64,000 bases of DNA from Nageia nagi (lineage: Eukaryota; Plantae; Pinophyta): positions 96,224,001-96,288,000 of the forward strand of contig JBITNC010000001.1 of assembly GCA_050084985.1 (NCBI GenBank). Reading direction: 5' to 3'. A model generated the notes under the pieces. It made no database searches. It was not told the origin of the DNA and saw only the letters and a list, made by a program, of their open reading frames with translations. Below, piece after piece: positions 48,330-60,760 of the stretch. The translations under genes were made by a program, and so were the position numbers. Within the stretch, counting starts at the first letter, position 1. Each line of letters starts with the position of its first letter.

Positions 48330-50500
48330 TGTAACATCCCCTTTTCGTAAAAAATAATTAATTTTGAAATCCTAAGGATTCCCTTTTTGTAAATTTTTAT
48401 TTATTAACGTATTTGTTGTTAATTACTTGGGATAGAATTATAAAGATCCGTTAGACCCACTTTGTGAGCCCCATGAGGGACGTTTTCCTCCCAAGCTAGG
48501 ATGTGTTATTTTATTTGTCATTAATGCACTTGGAGATCCTAAAAGATGATTGTGGGAATCCCAAGGCTTGTATAGCACCTAGATGACACTTGAGCATGGA
48601 TAAACAACTATTTAACCCAACGTTGGATTTGGGAGCACTTGTACACATGCACCAGCCTTGGGGAGACTCCTAGACCCCCACGTTGGCCCATGATGACACC
48701 CTAGCACCCACGCATGACTCCTAGAACCCCTAGGCACCCACGTTGGAGATCTTGGGCCTCCAAGAGGCTAACGTTGAGATTGGGGAGATTGGGGATGACT
48801 CCTAGGTGAGATCCAGATCCAGTGATGAGCTATATAAGGCTAAGGAGCCTCATAGATGAGATAGACTTGATTTTATACAAAAAACCTTCTCTTAAGTTAC
48901 CAAAGACTTGGTAGTGTCAGCACCCTTGAGCACAGTGCATAAGGAGAGTTCAAAAGGCGTAGAACACCCTTTATCTTATGGTTGATGTGAGTGTTCGTGT
49001 TGTGAGGCTGCCCTACCCTGAGGCATCCACAAGCGGTCTGCACCTTTGAATCCATCCGATGGTATTCCAGAATCACATCCGTTCTCTTTGTTGGAGATAG
49101 CCTGTGAGGGAGCCCTTCAGTGTGGCAGCCACAGAACTAGTAGTGTGTGATTGTTCTACATCAATTCCAAAATCTATCTCAGCATATTGTATGCCCTAGT
49201 TGGCTCCTTGGAGGCCAACGTTGAGCCCTCTTGGGCCTATTTGGTATTGTACTCTTCATTTATCATTAATTGTAGTCGTGGCATAGTTGGATCTCACTAC
49301 TTGTCTCAATATTTGATGTTCATGCTTTCATATTTGCAACGTTGAGCTATTTTTGTATGTACATGATTATATGGTGAATCACTGGCATTCCTGGATGTGT
49401 TTTGCATGATATATGAATCCCCAAGTGTGACGTTGGGGTATAGTGAGGTGCATCGTTTGGCTTCTTGGCTTGTTGTTACTCATGTTTGATGCCCTAGCAT
49501 AGTTCGTGGCATGCCTAAGATCGTTGTATGATACTGATTTTGCATTTACTTGGTTAATTTGTGCGTTGAGAATTTCTGGGAATATTACAATGGTATCAGA
49601 GTTGAGATCTTGCCGCCTGTGAAAATGGAAGCCAAAGTGAAGAAGTCAAAATTTGGAAAGGTAGTTTTCTGCCAATTACTCCAACATTTTGAAAAAACAA
49701 GGTCCCTCAAGAAGAAAGGGAGAAGCTCTTGCTATATTTGCGCAAAAGGCATGAAGAAAAGAGGGCAGACGTGGGAACCCAGATCTATTCTACCACATAA
49801 GACTCCACCAAAGATCAAAGTTTTGCTCCAAATCTACCGAGGAACCTCCAAAGAATTCCAAAGAAACATCACTTTCCAACTTTATCAAGATCTCTTGGGA
49901 TACAAGGTTGCAAAAAAGAAGAAATCCAATGTTGAAAGCGAAAAGCCAACCATGCCCCCAACGTCTAGATCTAGGCCATCCGGGAGCATTAAGGACTCAG
50001 TTACTCCACTAGATCTGAAGAAAAGGAGTGAAAGGAAGCTTTCACTCAAATCCAAAGCAACATGTAATGGGTTGGAGGCCACCGCTCAAATTGTCTCGGC
50101 CAAGAGGATGAGCACTATCATCCAGAAGGAGATAGAGTGGGGTTGTATCTTCACCCGCGTCACATACTAAGGAAAAGAGATCGCAACTAGAGGAGGTCCA
50201 ACGCATCTTGGACAAGTATCCTGACGTTTTTAGAGACATGCCTAGAGGGTTGCTGCCCTCAAGAGGATTTGAGCACATCATTGAGTTGGAGTAAGAAGCA
50301 AAACCGGTCATGATTACTCCCTACCAACATCCGGAGGTCTACAAAGATGAGATCGAGAAAACTATCAAAGAATCTCTAGACATGGGGTTCATACGACCAA
50401 GCTCAATTCCCTTTGTTTCTTCGATGTGTTGGTCAAGAAGCACAGAACCTTGCGGATGTGCATTGACTATCGAATGCTCAATAAGAAGACCATCAAAAAT
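48330..50500 (+). mobile_element. Truncated Gypsy element: 5' LTR (48330-49589), PBS, deleted internal region, start of RT
   Basis: TGTAAC...TTACA, then A-TGGTATCAGAG; RT N-terminus EHIIELE..KPVMITPYQHP..KDEIEKTIKE.LDMGFIRPSS..LRMCIDYR.LNKKTIKN. Confidence 0.85.
49591..49601 (+). promoter_or_regulatory. Primer-binding site (tRNA-iMet type)
   Basis: TGGTATCAGAG one base after the LTR end. Confidence 0.85.
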
Positions 50501-50869
50501 AGAAGGTGCAAGGTCAATATTGGCTTTCTGGCTTAGATGAGGCACCATTGGTGGTCACTACTCCTTCGAGCTTGACCTCTTTCTTTGGTGCCTTAGGGTT
50601 TGCCCCCGCCATTTTGATGTTTGATGTGAAGTAATACTTTGATTTTTTAGATGGAGAAGGAAAGTTTTCTCCAATCACCCCAAAGACTTCAAAAGGATTT
50701 GTCTATCTTGGTGCTCTAGTGAATTTGGCAGGAGAGAGTAGTCTTGTCAAGTAAGAATGAAGATCAGCTTTCCTTTAAAGGCATTTTAGGATTTTCCGTT
50801 GCCCTAGTCAGCTATGATTGGCCAAAATAGAGGCAAAATGATCTCCTCCCTCCGACCTAGTCGACCTAG

Positions 50870-51975
50870 GGATGCGCACACACCCGAAATTTGTCTTTTT
50901 TTCTCATGTACCAGGTATGGGAGCTTGATAAGATTCCACGCAAATCTTCTTGGTCTTCAACTTGTCTCTCTTACCCTTGCGCTAGCCTTCTCGCTTCAAG
51001 TTCTTCGGGATTTCACCTTTTCTTGGACCCGGACTTGTCCAATTTCCAAATTAAACTCTTCCCGAATCCTCCTAAAGTTGGGCAGATGCCACAAAAAGTC
51101 ACCTTCCTATCTTTTTTTTCATGCACCAGGCCTACCAATCTCTACAGTTTGGGCGCATGCCACAAAAAGTCACATTTTCTACTTTTGTAGACATGCACCA
51201 GCCTTCCTTTGCCCAATTTGACTTGATCTCGAGCTTTTGAGCTCCTGAGTTAACCATTTTTCACCTTCGAAGCCATCTGGAGCTCCTCCTGGGTTGGGCA
51301 CAAGCTAGAAAAAATCATGTTTTTGTCTTTTGGAGGCATGCGCCAACCTTCCATGTATGCCTAAACTTGGAGCATTGCTCAAAAAGTCACAATCATGACT
51401 TTTTGAGTCATACGTTGGGTCTCTAGGTGGACTTGAACAAGTTTGGATGTCTTCTTTTTGTGCCATAGCCTAATTTCCACCTCCAAAATACTTCCTTTCT
51501 TTCTCAAAACCCCATCTCAGGTTTCTTGAGTGCTTCGCTTCACTAGATTTCGCCTTGACTTTGCCCTGTGCTCCTCCAAATGGTTGGCATGTGCCCCAAA
51601 AAGACACAATCATGACTTTTTGAGTCATGTGTTGGGTCTCTAGGAGGCCCACTTTGCCTTTTTGTCGTTTGACCTTGACTTTGGCAACTCTTCCTGTCTG
51701 GTGTATGCCAAAAAAAGATAGAATCCTGACTTTTTTCCTCATGCGTTGGCTTCCTAGTGACTTGCATTTTCTCAACTTGGTTCTGAACTTCGTCAAAAAG
51801 ACTTCTTCCACCTAGGCATGCCTGAAAAAGTCACAAACTTGTCTTTTGGAGGAATGCATTGGCCTTGTAGATGCTTGCCTTTGCTTGATTTGGCTTCGAA
51901 CTTGTTGGCTTCCTCCTCTTGGCGCATGCCAAAAAAAGTCAAAAACATGACTTTTGGAAGCATACGTTGGCCTCT
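50870..51975. repeat. Array of ~9 palindromic ~46 bp units related to those at 13793-14702
   Basis: e.g. gcatgcctgaaaaagtcacaaacttgtcttttggaggaatgc and gcatgccaaaaaaagtcaaaaacatgacttttggaagcatac. Confidence 0.75.
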
Positions 51976-52319
51976 TGGAAGCTCTTCTTCGCCTTGCCTA
52001 CCATCAAGCTTGCCCTGGGTTCCCTAATTTGACCTTCCCATTCCAAACTTAGATATTTTTGGACAATTTTGGACTCGAACTGATATAAGTAAGACTAGGG
52101 AAGGTGTGACACTTAGTTCTTGGTGGAATGATAAGCGTTAGGTCTATGTAGGTGGGACCCTAAATTTTACATATTGATATCTGGGCAAAGTGCTTGGGTC
52201 CCTTAAATTGTGATATTTTGGCGCGTTTTGTGCTAGTTACAACACTTTGGAATGAGAATTTTGGGTGGACTTATTAAGCTTGAGTGTTTAGAGCATTACC
52301 TATAGGTTTTGTGAGGTTA

Positions 52320-52560
52320 CAGAAGAGGATCTAGTGTCGGTCCGATTGTAGGAAGACCTGGTGTCGGCTCTATAACAAGGTCTGGCATCTAGCCAATAAC
52401 AAGAAGTCTTGGTGTCGACCTTGTTGCAAGAAGACCTAGTGTCAACCCAATAGCAAGAAGTTGTGTGCCAACCCAACAGCATAGTAAGTGGTTCCAACCC
52501 AACAACATATCAAGTGGTTCCGACACAACAACAAAGGAGCTTCGTGCCGACCCAATTGTG
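52320..52560 (+). repeat. Degenerate ~27-30 bp minisatellite within the Gypsy LTR
   Basis: agaagacctggtgtcgacccaa-like units repeated about 8 times. Confidence 0.65.
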
Positions 52561-53156
52561 TACAAGATTGGTGTTGGTTTGATTTCATAAGAGATTAGTA
52601 TCGAATCAATAGCAAATCTTATGGGTGGTTAAAAGGGCCCGAGAAGATGAAAAGACGAAAGGCCAAAAGCCATAGAAGGACGAAATGTTAAGAGCCTTAG
52701 AAGATAGAAGGCCAAAATTTTGGGCAAGTGAAAGGCCAAGCGTCATTTACGCATCTATAAATAAGAGATATCTCTCATGTTTTGAGGTAATGAAGAGGTT
52801 ATGAAGGAATTCTTCGTTGTTGTTACGTAGCAGTTGAAGAGTATTTTGTGGAGATAGTGATAAGAGTTGTCTATGATTGCTAGAGACAGCTTCATGCACT
52901 TGTTTTGTCTATTGTTGAGATAGTAGCACTTAGACCTATAATGATTGTAACTCTATTTTGTGATCAATATATATCTGAGAGCTCATTGAAAATGGTTTTT
53001 TCCCCACACAAGGGTTTTTCCACTATACCTCCAATATCAAACTGGTAAGGGTAAATTCTAATGTTAATTTATTTTGGAATTCGCAATATCTTTTCTATTA
53101 ATTAAAATTTGTATTGACGACCGAGAAAGGCAATTTGTAGGCGATTATAGATCACA

Positions 53157-53168
53157 TGGTATTAGAGC
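53157..53168 (+). promoter_or_regulatory. Primer-binding site (tRNA-iMet type, one mismatch)
   Basis: TGGTATTAGAGC immediately after the LTR-terminal CA. Confidence 0.75.
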
Positions 53169-54174
53169 GAGTTGGTCTTGTGTACATAATTGTATGCTCG
53201 AAACTAGATACCAGATGAAACAAGGTGAAGGAAGCCTAGAAGATTTCCAACCTAAGATTGATAGTAGAAGTTGGAGAAGCAAGCTTAGAGTTGGTAACAT
53301 AGTTGGGCATCACATGGATGATCCCAAGTGAGATTCACAAATCTGAAGACAAATGTTAGGGATATTATCTCATCTCTAGGCAAGTTCACAATCATGTTGG
53401 GTCAAAAATTTGAATAGAGGAGGAAAAGAAAGATCGGGAAATTGGACATAACCTCATATGAGGTAGAAACGAAAGTTGATATTTCTACATCTGGAGAAGA
53501 AGTCAATGCAAAAAAATTGAACCATTGGCTAAAATAGCTATAGTTTTATTTCCATATCCAAAGTGTGACCAAAGATGAGAAAAAAAATCTCTTTTGCAAA
53601 GCTCAAAATGGGAGGCAATGCATTGGTTTGGTGGGTAAGCCATGAAAAATCTTTGAAACATGATAATGAGCCACCCATTTCCTCATATGAGAATTATAAA
53701 GGCCTCCTCAAGGAGCAGTTCTTTCCTCTAGACCACCATAATAAATAAGTTATGAAGTGGCAATTCTTTAGGCAACATAAAGGATAAACTATACAAGAGT
53801 ACACAATAAAATTTAGACAGCAAGCAAAATTGCTTGGAATCTCTCTCAAAGACCCACAAGTGTTGATGAAGTTTATTGGAGGTTTGCACAATCATCTAAG
53901 GAGGACAATTATGTTGCTTAATCCCACTAGCATTGATCAAGTGAGTGTTCAAGCATAATATCTTGAGGAGGATGGGAAATAAAGACAGCAAAATAATAAC
54001 TACAAGAAAAATCAACAGGGGCAAAATAAGGAACAGTTCGAGGTAAAGGAAAGCTGCTAGAGAAGAAGATAACCATAACCATGAAGCAAAATGATGTTGA
54101 GCACTACACGCATTGTGACAAGAATGGTCACATAGAAGAGAAGTGTTGGAAGCTTCACCTAGAACACAATCCAA

Positions 54175-57100
54175 GCTGTTAAATAATATCATTTGTTCAA
54201 CATTTCCCTCCCCATGGACTTCAAACATCATCCATTCCATTTTCAAATCAAGTGACCCTAATGATCTGAGCAACTACAAACCATCATGATAGGTCATACC
54301 TTGGCCAAGCTTTACGCCACCATTCTAGAGAGCTACATCTCATAGTTGGTTGACACTGGTGGGTTTCGAGTTGGAGGACAGGCAGGTTTCCGTAGGGACC
54401 ACCGCACTACAAATCACATCTTCACACTCAAGGCGATCACTAAGAAAGCTAAGTACTGAAGGACCCCAATCTGTTGCTACTTTATGGACTTCAAAAAGGC
54501 TTTTGACACGATACCCCACCATCAGCTTATGGATAGACTTTGGAGATTGGGGATCCTTGAGATCGGTCTCACAGCCATCTTGACTCTTTATGAGACACTC
54601 TCAGGGCATCTACGCACTTCAGAGGGACTTTTAGATAGCATTCTTACTATGATCGGGGTGAGTAGGGTTGCCCACTATCTCTGACACTTTTCGGGCTATA
54701 TATAAACAAGTTGGAGTCCTTCCTCCTCGAGACCACTGACCCTAGGAGTGGCACCTTCCTCCACGGCAATGGGATCCTCATCCTTCCTTTTGCAAACAAC
54801 ATGTGACATCCCCTTTTGCAAATTATAATTAATTATGGAATCTCACAAATTCCCCTTTGTAAATATTTATTTATTTAATTGTGCATCAGTTGTTAGTACT
54901 TGGGATAGAAAATATAAAGGTCCGTTGGAACCCACTATGAGCCCCAAGTGGGTTGTCTTCCTCCCAAGCATAGGCTAGCTTGATTTAATGTCATTTTATA
55001 TACTTGGAGATCCCAAGAGTTGATTGTGGGAATCCCAAGGCTTGTTTAGCACCTAGATGTCACTTGAGCATGGATAAATACCTATAAATACCTATTTGCC
55101 CCAATGTTGGATTTGGGAGCACTTGTACACATGCACCAGCCTTGGGGAGAATCCTAGACCCCACATTGGCTCATGATGATTCCTAGACACCCACCATGCC
55201 CTTTAGACCCATGTTGAGCATGAGGACCCACGTTGAGCTTGGATTGATCCCTAGGCACCTTTGTTGGACTTTATGGGGCTTCTAGGAAGCCAACGTTGGA
55301 ATAGGAAGGCTATGAGGTGAGATCCGAATCCAATGTGAGCTATAATAAGCCTTGGAGCATCATTGCTGGATATATCGGATTATTATTATTTCTCATACCG
55401 TCCAGTGGACATAAGACATGGCGCAGCGTCAAGCAATCTCCCTAGGTGCAGCATTTAGGATGATTAGCAGGTTGAGGGATCTTGTTAATCTACGGCTAAG
55501 GTGTAGCATCTTAGTCCATCCAATGGTATTCCGAGGTCACACTTCTACCTTCAGTGGTTTCAGGCATGGGAGTTCTGCAACAGAGCATCCAGGCTTGAGG
55601 GAGTGAGGCTGTCCCATCCATTGTTTCGTGGTACTAGCAGTGATCACATTTGTATGTTCGTTGTGCCTTAGTTGGCTTTTTGGAGGCCAACGTTGAGCCC
55701 TGTGGGTCTGGTATTGTATCATTTGTCATTTTGCATCATTAATACAGTCGTGGGCATATTGGATCTCAGCATTTGTCTTGTATGTGATGTGTATGCTTCC
55801 ATAATTAAAACGTTAAGTTACTTTTATACATGCATGCTTGTATCTATGAGATGTTGGCAATCTAGGTGTGTTATGCTTAGAATTGAGGCTCTTGGCCATA
55901 CATGGGTGTATATTTGTTTGTTTTTGCTTATTTGCACTTGATATTGTATTTGGGATCTTACACAACATTGTGTTACTCTCCCACACAACCGAGGGCCTTC
56001 AGAATTTGGTTGATACCTTAGACTCTTTAGTTATAGATAGGAGCTTGTAGTGAACCTTAGTAAAACTAAGGTAGTGGTATTCAATATCTTGAAGACCATG
56101 TTGGAGCAGACACAAATCCCCTTCCATGACAGCATCATTCAGACTAATACATCCTACACTTCTAGGAGTGCTCTTTTCTAGCCGCAAGTTCTCCATAAGA
56201 GCAACAGCCCCCTCCCCCCGAGAGTCCATAGTGGTTACATAGCAGTCTCTACCCTTGAGAGACAGTGCCTACAGCTCCACTTCAAGGACATTCCATCCAA
56301 ACTACAGCTTTTTAGACATTGGTTACCCCCACGGTATTATTTGGCATTAAGGCTTAGCGCCTGAGCTTAGGAGCAAACGATTGGGTCGCACTCAAGAGGA
56401 TCTTGATCAGTACACTATCCTGCTCCATCCAGAGTAAGAGGATGGTCCCCCACCTTATCTTGCTAGCAGAGTTTGGTTGCCAAGCCTCTACAGATGTGGG
56501 TCGTCGCCTACACGATCCTTTTTCTCCAACGGCTACATAGGCCAGCAAGCCTGCAAAGGAGACTCAATCAAACTCCCAGCCAGAGCATTAGCTTCTTCGA
56601 TTGACCTACCTACTGTTGGTGTTGGTTCGTGAGGTCTCTGAGCTACTCCAGAGATTTGGTTTCTCACACAACAAGTTACCTACACCCCCTAGAGGTTCAT
56701 CTAAGTCTGAAGTGGACTCATCACAACAAGATTCATGAGACTATCTACAAGGCCTACATCTAGTCCACTTGGATCACTCCCAAGCAACCTTTGACGCCCA
56801 AGTTGGCATACTATTCGTGACATTTTCTACAGGTTGAAGGAGGATTGATTCTCCCCACCAAAGTACATTAGCATACATCTATCTCTTAGATTGAGGATGT
56901 TCCTCGAACACTTCTAGGTTTGTTCCCATCAGTTACAAGTGGAGACTAATCACCATCTGGCCCAAGATTTGCAAGTGTGTCACTTGTGCTCACTAGAGAC
57001 TAAGTTCGAAGTGCACTTCATCTTTCGGTGCTCAATCTACAATAAGTTCAGAGGTCATTACCATAGTCTTTTCAAATGCACACAATTCACTGTCCACCTT

Positions 57101-57300
57101 CTTGCAGTATCCCGATCAATGATGCCTAGCCCTTTACATCAAGAGGCCACCCTTATGTAGAGACACCTTCTATCTCACACACAGCATCTAACAAGGACCC
57201 AACGTATTGCTCTTTCTTCCAAGCCTCCTCATTTGAGGATACCTGTAAGAGAGATTGGATGATCACCCACTCACTACACGTTGCACCAAGAGATGCCTCC
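54175..57300 (+). mobile_element. RTE-like LINE RT and 3' remnant, interrupted by a solo LTR
   Basis: FPSPW..IIHSIFKSSDP..SNY.TIMIG..LAKLYA, QAGFR, CYFMDFKKAFDTIPH, IGV..GCPLS.TLFGLYI, FANNIVLLS (degenerate FADD), YLGV.F, CHLCSLETKFEVHFIFRC. Confidence 0.82.
54802..55962 (+). mobile_element. 1.16 kb Gypsy solo LTR inserted at the RT catalytic motif
   Basis: TGTGAC...TTACA, exact TSD CAACA (54797-54801 and 55963-55967); same family as 28936-30126 and 48330-49589. Confidence 0.9.
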
Positions 57301-57599
57301 AGAACATGTAGATACCACTAAGAACTCAACAAATTGCATGGCAACCAAAAGGCAAGTGGACAGCCTAAGGACAAGGCAGGCTAGGTGGCCCCAACCATAT
57401 GGCAAGGAGACATCCCCCTTGTCGTCACCCCTGATTTGATGATAGCCTCCATAGGGTGGGGATGCATCCCCTTGTAAAATTGCTCACAAGGGATTATGCA
57501 AGAACAACCACATCATCAATGGAGCATTATATAGCAATCAAAATATGATGCAGTAGGAAAACATATTCATCATAAGTGTGCTTACAAATAAGATATTTG

Positions 57600-58230
57600 A
57601 GCTCATCAATGTAATCTCTGAAAAAGTGGGGGAGATGAGCATGCTCATTTGATTCCAATAGTACTTATGATCTCATTAAAAAGCCCAAAGATACTCCAAA
57701 AGTGGCCAATGACCACTTCATAGAGTCTCAAGATCATAGTAATTATGAACATGGAGATGTTAATGTCCTACTACCACTAGAAAACTAGGTGCCTAGGGAT
57801 TGTACTAAAGGTCTTCTACAGTCACCTAAACAGCAAACAAAAGATTGTTGGGAAGCCTCATCTATAATAGCCCAAAGAGTAAAAATAGAATTTATTGATC
57901 TAGTAATCATTATTTGCCCTTTACATGGAGACTTTCACTCTATAATAGGACCATGGCATAGAGCATTGAAAAATTTTGCTCAATCATGATAGTCTAATAA
58001 TTAATTGGAACTGAGTTGTCCCCGGATTTGTGGATGGAGAAAACAATATGCTATCATGAAGATAGGGAAGCAACAATACAAAGAAATTCATTGAATAGAT
58101 GTGTGATAGGATAGCTAAGTGAGTCAATGTCATACATAAGAGACTCAGCCCCGAGTCCTTCAGGATAAACATCCTTCTTGGTGTTTCTTTTCCTTATAGC
58201 ACTCTTGATATCCTCTTGAATTAAAAAATG
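57600..58230 (-). mobile_element. Second, more decayed RTE-like LINE RT fragment in opposite orientation
   Basis: Minus-strand reading GLGAESL..DSLSYPITHLFNEFL..VFSIHKSGD..NY.TIMI..LYAMVL parallels 54180-54330. Confidence 0.6.
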
Positions 58231-58842
58231 GGCAGTAGAAAAATGAAACTATTAGTAGACAACATCATAACATGAATGTCCACTAACAGTTTCTCATTTT
58301 ATACAGCTGACCTTTACATAGCCATGGCCATAAATTGGGCTTACAGGCTTTTTATACGTGAAATGCCCTGTTTTATATTTTCTTTGATTGGCTTATAGCA
58401 TTTGTACCCACCTTGGGTAATCCTTCTATGGAAACATTTTGGAGAGCTAAAACAGTATAAACAATTGTCAAGGTGGATTCCTATCCTCCCTTTAGGCCCA
58501 GTAAGGCAGTTATCTTCTTGTTTTTTGTTTAAATCCTTTTTTCAGTAGGATTAACCCATTATTCTTAAAGAGCTCAGCATGTTATTCTGTTTTTATGTAA
58601 ATCAAGTATGTCAATTGAGGTCATATCCAATACTCTATTAGGTAAAAGAAAACTCATGTTCATGTTGAATTTCATATTTGGTACATGTTTCCCGTGTATT
58701 TCACAAGATATTCAGCTAGTTGTAACTCTTTGTAGTTGAGTTATTAATAAACCCATAAAAATACATGACACAATCATATTTGCCAGCAAGCCATGTGATA
58801 CGTAACTAGCCCTTATATAACAATTAAACTATCACAACAGCA

Positions 58843-59974
58843 CACACAAGCTATCAAGGCGTCACAGAAAACAGTAGACAATGCACTCCAACAAGAAGTC
58901 AACAAAATGCAGAATGAAGCATCACAAAATAAAGAAAGAGAGGATCAGCAGTGGTTTCTGAGAGGAATAGGACTGGAGGGAGCGAAGAAGATAAAGCAGC
59001 CTAAGACGAGTACATCAGAAGCACCAGAGAACCTGAAAGTATAGCCACAAAGGCAGCCTAAAGGAAAGAAGAAAAGAAACAAGAAGGAACAAAGCAACAT
59101 TAAGAATGAAGCGAAACACGGCAAAGAGCAATCCATTTCTATGAGGACCAGAGGAAAAAAGAAAGAAACACAGACCAAGATTGCAGCCAAGCCCAAACTC
59201 CAAACCACTGACTTGGATACTATCGATCCACCTGTTGAGTACCAGGTGAAGCCACGAGGCAGGGAAAAGACGGATGCAGAAGAAAATCAGAGCAAAAAAT
59301 AAAAGGGAAAGCAGAACAACAGGACAAGTTGAAAGTCATTCTACTTCCAGTAGGAGAAGGCAGTAACAAGTGGCCAAAGGATATTCCAGTTCGAAAGCCC
59401 GAGGATGAGCAGCTCCAAAATATGATGCTAGCGGAGGCCATGATACAGAAAGGCCAACCAAGCCCAATCTTTGACAATATAGGGGATAACCCCTGATTTC
59501 GTGCACTGGTCCTAAACGAGAATGTACAACAACTACTTCAAAAACAACCACAACAATTTGAACTTCCTTTTTCCTAAAGAACAGGAGGTAATCATTCTCA
59601 AGCTTGGCAATGATTTGGGGAAGAAACTAACAGCATCATCATAGAGGGCTTCACGTTCCACTGTTTCCTTAGTGCAACCTGTGAAAGTTAATAGAAGTCT
59701 AAGTTTCTTTTAAATGTTAGTAGCATAGGGTAATGTTATGTTTGTTTTTTTTTTGGAGTAAAAGCATGTAAAAGAAGTCTGCACATCAGTCCAGATACTC
59801 CTTGTTGTTTGGTTAGTATGACACTTAGAAGACTAAAGCAAGTTAGGGAAGCTAGGAAAGATGAAGGTTAGCAACTATTAAGCTCACATTTTGTTGTAAT
59901 GGTTTTGGAGATCCAGAAAACTCCAACTATTTTTTTGATTAATATAAAATTAACCCTATTAATAAAAAAAAAAA
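58843..59974 (+). mobile_element. 5'-truncated LINE copy made only of the ORF3 C-terminus, 3' UTR and poly(A)
   Basis: K/E-rich linker, MMLAEAMIQKGQPSPIF motif, stem-loop at 59905-59926, A-run at ~59964-59974; imperfect TSD aattaaa(c/g)tatca..agca on both flanks. Confidence 0.65.
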
Positions 59975-60760
59975 TTAAAGTATCAAAAGCATGTACTGGA
60001 GGTATGGTCTGGTTTTCTTTGAATTCTACTTCTAAATAACAAAACCATATTGCAGTTTTAGAAAAACTAATAGGATAGAGCTACTTATGGGGCATTAGTC
60101 CATTTATATAAGGATTCCTAAGATGGTAGTGTTTGCTTTCTCTTCATTTTATCATATCATGGGGCCTTATTATCTTCATTTTTTGTTGAATGCTATTATA
60201 GCTCGAGTACCTTTATTATTGCGATGTTTCAAGTTGCATAGATATGTGACACGAACTACTTGAAGTAAGTAATATCTTCAATTTTGTGAGTCATGTTCTC
60301 AATTCTTTAAGGCATTCCTTGAGTTTCTATTCATAAAATCCACAAGTTAGAAGTAATATATATCAGTTTTGTATTTCAGCTATACCGTTTGTATCTTTTG
60401 TTGACCCTTTATTCCAAATAAGATATGCTCCTATGATATGATACTTATAACTTTGTCTGGTATTCATAACTTGACCACACTTTACTACATGTAATCATCT
60501 AGGAACCATGTAAAAACAACTATTTGTTTGTTTGTTTTTGTTTATCGGAAATCCAAAAAAAATTTCCCTAAAATTTTAGGTCAAAATTATCAACTCAAAA
60601 AAGCACAAAGGGTATCTACAGATAACAATTTTTGACAACTCAAAAGAATACTTTGCAAATAGTCTCAATTTGATCACCAAAATGAGGGGATATCTCCTCC
60701 ATGTATAAGAAACTCCTCACATTTAACCTCCACCGTAAAGTTGCATCCAATAAAGTCACA

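Larger units (their letters stand above)
47088..52244 (-). mobile_element. Long-LTR family solo LTR (~3 kb own sequence) containing a nested Gypsy fragment
   Basis: TGTTG...CAACA with exact TSD CTTTG (47083-47087 and 52245-52249); first ~1.1 kb collinear with 21715-22830. Confidence 0.88.
47001..54175 (+). mobile_element. Gypsy 5' LTR + PBS + gag remnant; LTR split by the 47088-52244 insertion
   Basis: LTR ends ATCACA at 53156, then PBS; gag motifs (VDISTSGEEVNA.KLNHWL, AKLKMGGNALVWW, LKEQFFPL, HCDKNGHIEEKCWKLH knuckle). Left boundary approximate. Confidence 0.7.

Noticed and set aside
49550-50170. 206-aa ORF as a host gene
   Set aside because: It starts inside the LTR, crosses the PBS and runs through a deleted Gypsy leader/gag remnant.
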